Positions 29,601 through 37,768 of a stretch of 64,000 nt of DNA are shown piece after piece. Under the pieces are notes generated by a model. That model saw nothing but the letters and a program-made list of their open reading frames with translations. It was not told the origin of the DNA and ran no database searches. A program made the position numbers and the translations under genes. The stretch lies in contig CBDFJF010000001.1 of assembly GCA_965248265.1 (NCBI GenBank), positions 800,001 through 864,000 of the forward strand, read 5' to 3'. How positions within the stretch are numbered: position 1 is the first letter of the stretch; every line of letters starts with the position of its first letter. Origin of the DNA: Candidatus Latescibacterota bacterium. GTDB taxonomy: Bacteria > Latescibacterota > UBA2968 > UBA8231.

Positions 29601-31802
29601 GTGTCCCTGTGGGGCGGCGTGCAGCTCCACACGGGCAAGGTCAGAGACAACGCCTTCTGGGGCATCAACCATTCGTGGCTCGACCTGCTGATAGAGAACA
29701 TGCCCCCCGGGGTGCCGGACTTTAAGGACTATGATTTCGCGACCAAGGCGGAGCAATACGCAAAGACCGGTGAGAAGAGGTTCCTCGTCCGCACACCGTC
29801 GCTGGTGGACCCGGATTGGCGTGCGGCCGTGAGCGAGAGGCTCGTGGAGGTTGTCGGCAGCACAATGCCGCCCGGCACCTATGACTACTGCCTGGGCGAC
29901 GAAATGTCGCTCAGCCACTACTCGCGGTTCCACGACTACGATTGGTCCGAGCACAGTCTTGCGCACTTCCGCCTCTGGCTCAAGAAAAGGCACACCAACC
30001 TCGAAACCCTCAACGCCGCCTGGGACACAGCCTACGAGCGTTGGGACGATGTCGTACCCCTGACTCGCGAAGAAGCCCTGGAGACAGAGAACCCGGCGCC
30101 GTGGTTCGAATTCAGAGCATACATGAACCACCAGGTGGCCGACTTCTTCACGTTCGTCCAGCAGACCATTCGCAGCGTGGACCCCCATGCTCGAGTGGGG
30201 CTGTCGGGCACGCAGGGCCCTGAGGCCGCCAATGGGATGGAGTGGTGGAAGCTGTCGAATGCGATGAGCTACTACCATGGCTACAACAGCGGTTGGTCGC
30301 ACGAGATGCGGCGTTCATTCCAGCGTCACGGTGGGGCTGGCCAGTCGCCGTACCTCAGCGGCTACCATGCCGTCAACCCGCGCGCGGAGTATCGCATGTG
30401 GTGGTGCCTGTTCCACGACACGCGCGGCATCTCGGCCTGGGCCACGAAACTGTTCTTTTATGGGGATTTCACCCAAACCGCCTCGGGCCGCGACACCGGC
30501 GCCCACTTGCGCGAGTTTCGTCGAGGTATCTGGCGGCTGTTGCGCGGCGCCACGCGACAGCATGATGGGGTCGCACTCTACTATTCGATGCCTTCGATCA
30601 TCGCCGGCGCGCTGAGCGGCGAGGAGAACGAGATCAACTGGGCCCGTGACGCCTGGGGGAAACTCATCGAGGCCAGCGGCCTGCAGTATGAATTCGTGGC
30701 CCATGAGCAGGTCGCCGATGGTCTGCTCGGGCGCGGCGAGTTCGAGGTTGTCATTCTGCCCTACACGTTGGCGCTTTCGCAATCGGAGGCAGAGGCCTTG
30801 CGGTCGTTCGTGCGCGCGGGCGGGACACTCATCGCCACGCGGCCCGTCGGGGTTCGCGACGATCTCGGCCGCCCGCAGCGGCCGGGCCTTCTCGACGATC
30901 TCTTCGAGGCCGGCCTCGAGGGTGAGCCGCGTGCAGTCGAGCCACACGTGACGCTCGCGGCCGCCGTAGGCGGGCTGAAGGCAGGGACGGAGGTACGCCT
31001 GCCCGTCGCCGCCACTGACGTCGTCCTTTCCGGCGCTCAGGCCTACGCCACGACCACCGACGGGGCCGTTCCGGCGCTCACGAGTGCAGCGAACGGGCGC
31101 GCACATCTTTTGAACCTCGATCTGACTGGCTTGAGGCGCACCCAGCGCGGAATTGACCCGGGGGGCGATAGTGAAGCGCGGTACCACTCGCCGACCGCGC
31201 GTCAACTGCGTGCCATTGTCCTTGACCTGCTCGACCGGGCCGGCGTCCAGCCGAAGCACCCCTTAAGGCTGACAAGCGGCCGGGTGCCCCGGGTCGAGAT
31301 GGTCCGCTACGTCCTCGATGGCGTGGAGTTCCTGTGCCTGCTCAACGCCGACGAGAAGTCCGATGTGGCGGTCATTGACCTTGGCGAAAAACGCCACGTC
31401 TACGATGTCCGCGGAGAAACTTTTCTCGGAGAGCTCGAGACGCTGAAAGTGCCGTTCGATCCAATGGGCGCTCGCGTGTATTGTCTCGCGCCAGAGCCGC
31501 TTCCCGCACCGACCATTCGTGCCCCCAGTGCCGCTGTTCGCGAGGTCGCCGGACGCGCCGAGACGCTCGAATTCACTGTCGGTCAGGCCGGCCCCGCTCC
31601 GGCTCGACAACTCGTCCGCATCACCGTGGCCGACGGCCATGGGCGAAACCGGGAGGAGTTGATGCAGACCGTGTGGGTCAAGGGTGAGCCCGTCGGATCT
31701 TCCCTTCCACTGGCGCTCAACGACCCAACCGGCGCATGGACCCTCACGGCGACGGACGTGATGAGCGGCCAGAGCGCTACGGCCAAGGTGGTTGTGCGAT
31801 GA
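26685..31802 (+). CDS. Large secreted GH42-like (beta-galactosidase-type) multidomain protein
   Basis: Signal peptide; mutarotase-like N-terminus; TPHIPWARP/GATase-like region; LGDE, FRLWLKKRH.NLETLNAAW; trimerisation-like LRSFVRAGGTLI; ALNDPTGAW tail. Confidence 0.8.
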   Translation: MSALRRVGLLWIVAVTAGSVFAARAPAAATGAFADVPFQSGAGPSVREDDLDGDGHREVILENAHVRLIFAPAMGGVCRSLRLKPSGTELVNAQGSGYGALRDQLWWPRYSFADRVYFHRHEQTRDTASVEMWTTGVGGMMSFTEIRKRITITRDSETINVEYRLTNEPSSQTDFDYGFWSHNELGVPGRLNTYFFPTTEGVRSFTLDPSKATTSSETWYRNPARGWTAVLSDQGTGLAVEVPYRYLNRFYHRHDAGSSAATHEWWLNLIEVDAGEELQADFTFTPFDGLSRVDGVVGGVVGEIEGEVQGNTLEVVARLVTPRGQPEAAAELRLLSPGDSGYVLDRAVLKPGATVELKARAKGLQPGVHRASVRLARRQDALGSFERAFAVGGAPLVHELEPEGERVGRAEPEDPRLHYWRERPGHDISAEVVTPHIPWARPFAGGKIRALVLLDDMNSREAVELAQRLDLELDYVKFRSSLEEQFLYQGDQSIQSLEAAQRKLAEKLRTRYDVIVIAGFRWDFHFTDELRAAMLEQVRSGTGLVLIQPDGFDETAARQLPVAGVAKQGNAARPMSPWFRNQTTVGPRLGGRISAWHRWAQAGAHPLVTGLDWDRFPKTRRHEFDIPPQGEVVATIGDDDAPLLTLGTLGKGRVVGGTWDTLTHPMTYRGFSGLTPVLSHRGAWLRPDFASLPKNYHEWWFALLTRLTAWAAGRDTGVSITAAPPVSGQLGNPLEVSLTIRSERAVPDAYVEIHWFSSIGEPYALTKTPAVLSRGQTTLSLPVPPQTLAHTNTACFIIRDAAGASLAWGFTSVDLAVPTWLAQLQLEPDTFVPQGGVWQEDSAVETRAFRPSQPMRAAVQLAMPAPQALVVHFTFTDSHGRILARARTDVAAGATRADVVLEPPSLVHQGIEVTAKLADAHRVWDVQRARAVAHRPRVWNRFWYTSWGGQYLWRTKYLFDFNSRLVRDWGLDVSLWGGVQLHTGKVRDNAFWGINHSWLDLLIENMPPGVPDFKDYDFATKAEQYAKTGEKRFLVRTPSLVDPDWRAAVSERLVEVVGSTMPPGTYDYCLGDEMSLSHYSRFHDYDWSEHSLAHFRLWLKKRHTNLETLNAAWDTAYERWDDVVPLTREEALETENPAPWFEFRAYMNHQVADFFTFVQQTIRSVDPHARVGLSGTQGPEAANGMEWWKLSNAMSYYHGYNSGWSHEMRRSFQRHGGAGQSPYLSGYHAVNPRAEYRMWWCLFHDTRGISAWATKLFFYGDFTQTASGRDTGAHLREFRRGIWRLLRGATRQHDGVALYYSMPSIIAGALSGEENEINWARDAWGKLIEASGLQYEFVAHEQVADGLLGRGEFEVVILPYTLALSQSEAEALRSFVRAGGTLIATRPVGVRDDLGRPQRPGLLDDLFEAGLEGEPRAVEPHVTLAAAVGGLKAGTEVRLPVAATDVVLSGAQAYATTTDGAVPALTSAANGRAHLLNLDLTGLRRTQRGIDPGGDSEARYHSPTARQLRAIVLDLLDRAGVQPKHPLRLTSGRVPRVEMVRYVLDGVEFLCLLNADEKSDVAVIDLGEKRHVYDVRGETFLGELETLKVPFDPMGARVYCLAPEPLPAPTIRAPSAAVREVAGRAETLEFTVGQAGPAPARQLVRITVADGHGRNREELMQTVWVKGEPVGSSLPLALNDPTGAWTLTATDVMSGQSATAKVVVR

Positions 31803-31877
31803 AGCGACCGATGGCGGTGGGCGCGCTTGCAGGGAGATCCATCCCGAAATCTGCTTCGCAAGCCTGACCGGATGCCA

Positions 31878-31945
31878 ACGGCAAGACACCCTGGATCAAG
31901 ATCAAGAATCCGGGTTATTCGCAAGCCGTGGACCGAGGTGAAAGG
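31878..31945 (+). pseudogene. Possible ATP-dependent DNA ligase C-terminal scrap
   Basis: KTPWIKIKNPGYSQAVDRGE resembles ligase motif V (WxKxK). Confidence 0.35.
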
Positions 31946-32135
31946 CCGGCGGTTGGATCATCTACATGATTCATGGAGTGGGAGAAGGTACGCACACTTT
32001 GTACATCGACCGAAGGAGAGCCCGATATGCGGTACGTCACAAACGGCGCTGGCGCCACACCCCGGATCGAAGTTGAAGGGGTCTTGAGTAGTCGCAAAGA
32101 CCGCGATTGGACGCGGGAGGAGCGGCACGAAAGTC

Positions 32136-33281
32136 GTGTATAGAGACGTCTACACCCGGCTCGGTGTTACGCCGGCCATCAACGGCATCGGCAACAAGAC
32201 CACCCTCGGCGGCTCGACGCCCAGCGCAAGGGCCGCTCTGGCGATGGCCGAGGCCGACTACTACTACTGCGACATGCCCGAGCTCATGGAGCAGACCGGC
32301 AAGCGCGTCGCGGAGCTTCTGGGAGTCGAGGCCGCGTTCATCACGTCGGGGTGCGCCTCGGCTATCGTCCATGCGGCGGCGGGTGTCATGGCCGGAACGA
32401 AGAAGGACGATGTCGGCAAGCTCCCCGACACGACGGGGACGAAGAAGCAGTTCGTTTTCCAACGCAAGCAGCGGTATTTTTACGACAGGTGCTACGAGGT
32501 CCCCGGCGGCGAGCTCGTGATTGTCGGCGACGAGGCCGGCTGTGCGCGGGAGCAGGTGGAAGCAGCGATTACCAACAAGACCGCGGGCATCGGGTACGTC
32601 GACAAGACGCGCAGAGAGCCCGATCCTTCGGTCGTGTCCATCGACGAGGCCATGGAGATCGGACGGCGTCACGGTGTGCCCGTTATCGTTGATGCCGCAT
32701 ATCAGACGTTCCCCTTACAAAAATTCCGGTGGATTGCAGGGGCCGCCGATCTTGTGTGTTTCGGCGGAAAGTACGTGGGGGCTGCCAGCTCCGCTGGCTT
32801 CCTGTGCGGTCGGGCCGACCTCGCTCACGCCGCATCGCGGCAGGGCTTCGTGGCCTCGCAGTCGGGCGACCGGCCCCGCTCCTTCGGTAGGTCGATGAAG
32901 GTAGACCGCCAGGAGATCGTCGGCATGGTCGTCGCCCTCGAAGAGTGGCTGACCATGGACCACGAGGACAGGGTACTCAGATATCTTTCCTACGCGAAGA
33001 TCATCCAGGACGCGGTTGACGACGTCGCTGACATCACCACGCAGGTCAACCGCCTCGAAAAGCACGCCGCTGCCAGCTTGACGGTCAAGCTCGAGCCCGC
33101 CGCGCTGGGCATGACCGGCCACACTGTTGCAGAGCGTCTTGTCGCCGACACTCCGAGAATACTCGTCGGCCACGGTGACAGCTGGATCACGGTCGCCCTG
33201 CACACCCTCCACGACGGCCATCCGGAGGTGATTGCGGAGCGTCTCCGCGCTATATTGCAGGGCGTAAAATGTAAAGCGTAA
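32136..33281 (+). CDS. PLP-dependent SelA-like / DgaE-family enzyme
   Basis: INGIGNKTTLGGS, VIVDAA, DLVCFGGKY (PLP lysine), GRSMKVDRQEIVG. Confidence 0.85.
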   Translation: MYRDVYTRLGVTPAINGIGNKTTLGGSTPSARAALAMAEADYYYCDMPELMEQTGKRVAELLGVEAAFITSGCASAIVHAAAGVMAGTKKDDVGKLPDTTGTKKQFVFQRKQRYFYDRCYEVPGGELVIVGDEAGCAREQVEAAITNKTAGIGYVDKTRREPDPSVVSIDEAMEIGRRHGVPVIVDAAYQTFPLQKFRWIAGAADLVCFGGKYVGAASSAGFLCGRADLAHAASRQGFVASQSGDRPRSFGRSMKVDRQEIVGMVVALEEWLTMDHEDRVLRYLSYAKIIQDAVDDVADITTQVNRLEKHAAASLTVKLEPAALGMTGHTVAERLVADTPRILVGHGDSWITVALHTLHDGHPEVIAERLRAILQGVKCKA

Positions 33282-33369
33282 AAACTCCTCCGCGAAGGCC
33301 TCTCCTCGGCCAAAGCCTTCCCCGCCACCCCCCAACGCGTTACCGTCTGCTGAAGTGGGCTATATTACC

Positions 33370-35631
33370 TCAATCGTTGTTAGCATCGCTCATCTGCGAC
33401 TCATCCAGGACTTCCTGCAGCTTGTCCAGACCCAACCGTTCATGTTCGATGATCCTGGATAGGATTCGCGCGCCCTTCTTCAGGTTGGGCTTCTCCTGAA
33501 AGTCTTGCCCCTGCGCGAGCTCGTGCAGCTCCTTCACGGCATCAGTGACAGCTTCGTACTGCTCAACAGCCTCACGCAAAGGCCCCCTGGCCCCCTCGGG
33601 GAAGTAAGGCTCGATTTCCTTCAGATAGACGACTGCCGAATTGCGCGAAGTCTCAAGAAACGACGTGTGATATTTGACAGCGGAAACATCGATCGTCTCC
33701 TTCCGGAAGCCGTCCAGCCACATTTCCCAGGCGGCCAGACCGTACGCCGTCGCGTCCTCGAAGTTGGCCGGGCGTTTTCCCTGTGAGGCCTCGATCGCAC
33801 GGCGGATGACCTCCCGATGCGCCTTGAGGTCGTCGAATGGCTTCGATCCCGGCTCGACCACCATCACACAGAACCATTGGAGGCTACCTGCGTGACCGAA
33901 GTCGTCCCATCCGATCGTGAACTTTCCGAGATCATTGTGATGCCCGATGTAGGTTCCGGCAGCTTCATCGTAGCCGATAATGAGACTCCACATGTATGGT
34001 TTTTTGCCCGACTCTTCCATCTCTTTGTTGAACGCATTCATAACGATGGCGGGGATCCCGGCATCGATCGAAACGCGGACGGCGTCCCAGGCCTCCACCT
34101 TTCTTTGCGCATGCTCGTCGGGAGTGACGGGTTCCTTGTGTGGACCTATTTGTCCGCTCTGGTGGGCAGAGATGACCCTTACGTCAGGTAGCGTCCCCCA
34201 GAAGTAGTCCCACTCGTAGTTCTCCCTGTGCCAGATCCTGCCGCCGCCCTCATACATACTGAAGACAAATCCCAGACCCAGATATCCCCGGATGTATTCT
34301 GTCGACCAATCCCTTCCGGCCGCTTGCAAGGCCGGTGGCAGGACAGACAAGATCGATCCCCCGTAATTTTCCTCGGGCGCGATGTCGAGTTCCACCCGCT
34401 TTCCTCCGGAAGGGCGACTACCGGGAGCCCCTGTCCCGATTTCTTCTCTCAGAGCAGTCGGCTCAAACTGAGGGTCGATCCGACGCAAGGCTTCCTCCAC
34501 GTGTCTTACTGCTGCCATTTCGTTCTGCATCGCGCCGGCCAACAGACTGCTTGCCTGGATCCGAGTTTCGGGAGTGAATCCTCCCGACTTGCTCGCGTCG
34601 TCGCTGAGCGTGTGAAGCCGGCCAGCCATCTCGGCTACGCGGTCGTAGTGCCCGGCAGCATCTGTAAGAAGGTCCGCCGCTGCAGGAAAGACTTCGACGA
34701 GTTCCCGAAGATAGTCGGCGACGTACCGCCGGTTGGAGGCCAACCATCCCGCGTGCTCGCGAGAGTCGTTCGCGAATCCCTCGCTTCTCGGAGACCGCTG
34801 TTCCGGATCGGGCTCCGCTCCGGATTTCATGGCATCGAGCCAGAGGTCGAAGGCGGCTATCCCGCGAGCGTCCACTTTGAACGACGCTTTGTCCGCATCG
34901 TAACGCTTCCCGTTAGCAAGGGCGACGGCATTCCGAAGGGCCTTGATGTGAATACCCGAATGGTCCCCCGGCTCCGGCCCCTGGTAGACGAGAACCAGGA
35001 AGCGCCCGTTTTGTCCGATCTCATCGTGGCGGTAATCGAACTCACTACGTCGGCGGCGAACGACGTAAGTTTCCTTTGCCTCGTCGTACCCGACCAGCAG
35101 ACCCCAGTCTCGGGCTTCATCTGGTTCGTCATCCTCATACATCGGAACCCACGCAGCCACTGGCACGCCTCGGTCGATGCTGGCCCGAACGGCGTCCCAC
35201 GCCTCAGTCATGACCCTCTTGCTCTCTGCCTCATCTGCATCTTCGCGCGCCTGGAAGCGTCGGATGCGGCAGCCAAGATCCTCCTCGAATCGGGACTCGA
35301 AGACCAGCCACCAGTCTAGGTTTCCCTCCTGCCAGACTGCTCCACCACCCTTCCTCATTTCGAAGCTGAAGCCGTTCCCCATGACACCCTGGAGCCGTGG
35401 GACCGACCATTCCGTTTCACCGGCCGCCTGGAGCATGTCGTGCAAGGCGGCAATGATGCGCGTCCATACTCTTGTCCGTTCGACATCCAAGACCTTGCGC
35501 GATAGCTTCTGCTTTGACTCGGATGCCATTTCTGTCTCTTCTGCGCTCAGTGTGACAGCCAGCGTAGTGGCTGCAAGCGCCAGGACAACGAGGACGCCGA
35601 GAAGGCTCCTCTTCCTGTCTGTGCTCCCCAT
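33370..35631 (-). CDS. Secreted protein with two tandem BtrH/C39-like domains
   Basis: GGAGG RBS; signal peptide; internal repeat AWDAVR.SID.G.P...W.L..GYDE occurs twice. Confidence 0.72.
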   Translation of the reverse strand: MGSTDRKRSLLGVLVVLALAATTLAVTLSAEETEMASESKQKLSRKVLDVERTRVWTRIIAALHDMLQAAGETEWSVPRLQGVMGNGFSFEMRKGGGAVWQEGNLDWWLVFESRFEEDLGCRIRRFQAREDADEAESKRVMTEAWDAVRASIDRGVPVAAWVPMYEDDEPDEARDWGLLVGYDEAKETYVVRRRRSEFDYRHDEIGQNGRFLVLVYQGPEPGDHSGIHIKALRNAVALANGKRYDADKASFKVDARGIAAFDLWLDAMKSGAEPDPEQRSPRSEGFANDSREHAGWLASNRRYVADYLRELVEVFPAAADLLTDAAGHYDRVAEMAGRLHTLSDDASKSGGFTPETRIQASSLLAGAMQNEMAAVRHVEEALRRIDPQFEPTALREEIGTGAPGSRPSGGKRVELDIAPEENYGGSILSVLPPALQAAGRDWSTEYIRGYLGLGFVFSMYEGGGRIWHRENYEWDYFWGTLPDVRVISAHQSGQIGPHKEPVTPDEHAQRKVEAWDAVRVSIDAGIPAIVMNAFNKEMEESGKKPYMWSLIIGYDEAAGTYIGHHNDLGKFTIGWDDFGHAGSLQWFCVMVVEPGSKPFDDLKAHREVIRRAIEASQGKRPANFEDATAYGLAAWEMWLDGFRKETIDVSAVKYHTSFLETSRNSAVVYLKEIEPYFPEGARGPLREAVEQYEAVTDAVKELHELAQGQDFQEKPNLKKGARILSRIIEHERLGLDKLQEVLDESQMSDANND

Positions 35632-35764
35632 AGCACCTCCTCGAATCCATCTCGTGAAATAATCCCAGGACAGGCAGTATACACGGAGTGACAGTCCGCA
35701 GCTCGTCCAGAAGCGACACCCACGGCATGTGCGTACGTTACGAAATGCCGGCAAGGAAAATTGT

Positions 35765-36370
35765 ATGCACACGCGAAATATACTACCCATAGAGACGGAT
35801 CGATTGACCCTCCATTCATTAGGGATCGAGTTTCTGCGTTCGATATCCGAGAGTAGTATTGAAAAGGCGCAGGCCCTAGTCGACTATCACGTCCCACTGA
35901 ATTGTTCCCTTCTTGGCCATCGACAGATAGATCGTCGTCTGAGGATGATAGAGGTTGACCCTTCCCAGCATCCTTGGATGTATCGATCCATAGTAAGGAA
36001 GAATGACAAACAAATGGTTGGGTTCATTAGCTTTCACAGCAAGGCGCCAGACCCCGAAATTTCGGCGTATACCGAACTGGGGGCACAGCTTGGCTACACC
36101 ATTGAGCCAGAATGTCGCCAGAGGGGATATGCTAAGGAAAGTGCTATTGGGATGATGGAGTGGGCGCACTCAAATTTCGGTGTTCGAAGTTTTGTTCTGA
36201 CTATTAGCCCCGAAAACCATCCGTCTCTGAAAATGGCAGAATCCATGAACTTTAGGATTGTCGGGGAGCAAGATGATTATTCTGACGGGCTGGAGTTAGT
36301 AATGAAGGCTGAGATCGGTGAGATCCTCAGAACTAAGAGGGTATATCAAGGTGCCGCGGAAGAGTACTGA
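35765..36370 (+). CDS. RimJ/RimL-type GNAT N-acetyltransferase (lower GC)
   Basis: IETDRLTL, QLGYTI..RQRGYAKE, ISPENHPS. Confidence 0.85.
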   Translation: MHTRNILPIETDRLTLHSLGIEFLRSISESSIEKAQALVDYHVPLNCSLLGHRQIDRRLRMIEVDPSQHPWMYRSIVRKNDKQMVGFISFHSKAPDPEISAYTELGAQLGYTIEPECRQRGYAKESAIGMMEWAHSNFGVRSFVLTISPENHPSLKMAESMNFRIVGEQDDYSDGLELVMKAEIGEILRTKRVYQGAAEEY

Positions 36371-36515
36371 CCCCCATGGCCTTGCGGCGGCTTCCCACAG
36401 CGAGACATGATGCTCTGACATGTCAGTGAAAATTGCAGAAACTATCTCCCTGCCAGGAGTGATAATCCGCCGGGCAGTCATTGATGCAGATATCGGCAAA
36501 GATTAGGAGGCCACG

Positions 36516-37521
36516 ATGCCTAAGCCGACAATCGCTGCGACGAAGAGCGAAGCGGAGTTTAACGAGAGACAGAAGTCAGACCGCGAGGGATTCAGGGCAT
36601 TTCTCGGCAGTTGTCGGGAGGGCGAGGAATACACAAGTGCAAATCCTGGATACGCTCTTGGACGTGCGTACTTCCAGTACTACCTGGATCGACGACCATC
36701 GAAGATTGCGGCACAGGCACTGTCGTTCGCCTTCTGGATTTGGCGGCGCTTGACGGGCGTTTCCGATGATGTACGCCAAGCAGTGGGCCAGATATCAGAG
36801 GAGCCATCCGCATCAAAGGAGATTCAGCAGGTCTGGACCGAAGTCTGGAGAAACATAGAGGGAGGCATCATCAGCCCGTTCCAGAGGGATGGTAGACTTG
36901 GGGAAGGTTTTTCATTGATAGAGACCCTTGCGGAGAGGCTGACCTCTCCGACGGCGGAAGCCAATCTGCTCCACTGTACCATGCTCGCACGATTGAAGCA
37001 TGACGAGAATATGCAGATTGCGCGGAGGAACGCCGAACGCATCCTCGAACTGGATACGAGCGAGTGTCACGAACACATCGCCCGACACGCCCGCGGCTGC
37101 CTCTATGAGTGCGACAATCTGAACATCGGACAGGCGGCTCCGACTTTTAGATCGCCCGACATGGAGGGTAACCTGATAGACCTCGCAGACTTCCAGGGCA
37201 GCGTCGTGTTACTGAACTTCTAGTCGACAACGTGCCCGTTCTGTCCTGCCGAGTTTCCTCATCTCAGGGAGTGCGAGCAGAGGTATCCGGACAGGGTGCG
37301 TGTCATCGGACATCGGCGCGCTCCGAGGTCGCCTTGATGACGGGGATCTAGCCTGGCCCCAGATCTGTCAAGGAGCTGGTTGGCATGATGATGCCCCCCG
37401 GACTCTCTACAATGTTTTCGGTGTCCCCCATACATACGTGATTAGCAGCACCGGGACGATCGCCGCCAGGAGGGTTTGGCGAAAAGAAATCACAGAGATG
37501 GTGGCCTCCCTGCTAACGTAA
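36516..37521 (+). pseudogene. TlpA/redoxin protein with helical N-terminus, disrupted
   Basis: IGQAAPTF..VVLLNF*STTCPFC: TAG at 37221 replaces the conserved Trp; frameshift near 37305 before WPQI..YNVFGVPHTYVI. Confidence 0.8.
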
Positions 37522-37595
37522 GGCCACTTATTGCGTTATCTCCTCACTACGGAGTGTCAATCCGCACGGCTCCGTCCTCCCTGTAGGAGCTGTCA

Positions 37596-37760
37596 GTGCG
37601 CATGGCAATAATGTCAGATATCCACGGAAACGCGGTCGCCCTTGATGCTGCCTCGAAGACTGTCAACAAGCCGGAGGCGTTGACGAATACTGGTTCCTGG
37701 GTGATCTCGTGGATCCTCGAGTACGACCTGATGCGCCGAGAGCGCGCACCTGCTATATAT
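37596..37760 (+). pseudogene. Metallophosphoesterase N-terminal relic
   Basis: AGGAG RBS; MAIMSDIHGNAVAL, frameshift, then VDEYWFLGDLV. Confidence 0.65.
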
Positions 37761-37768
37761 GGTAGTAT

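Noticed and set aside
32136-33281. True selenocysteine synthase selA
   Set aside because: Short (381 aa), lacks the SelA N-terminal domain, and no selB/selC is in the window; it fits the DgaE-like group better
37221-37223. In-frame TAG before CPFC as pyrrolysine or readthrough
   Set aside because: It sits at the conserved Trp (TGG to TAG), and a second frameshift near 37305 indicates decay
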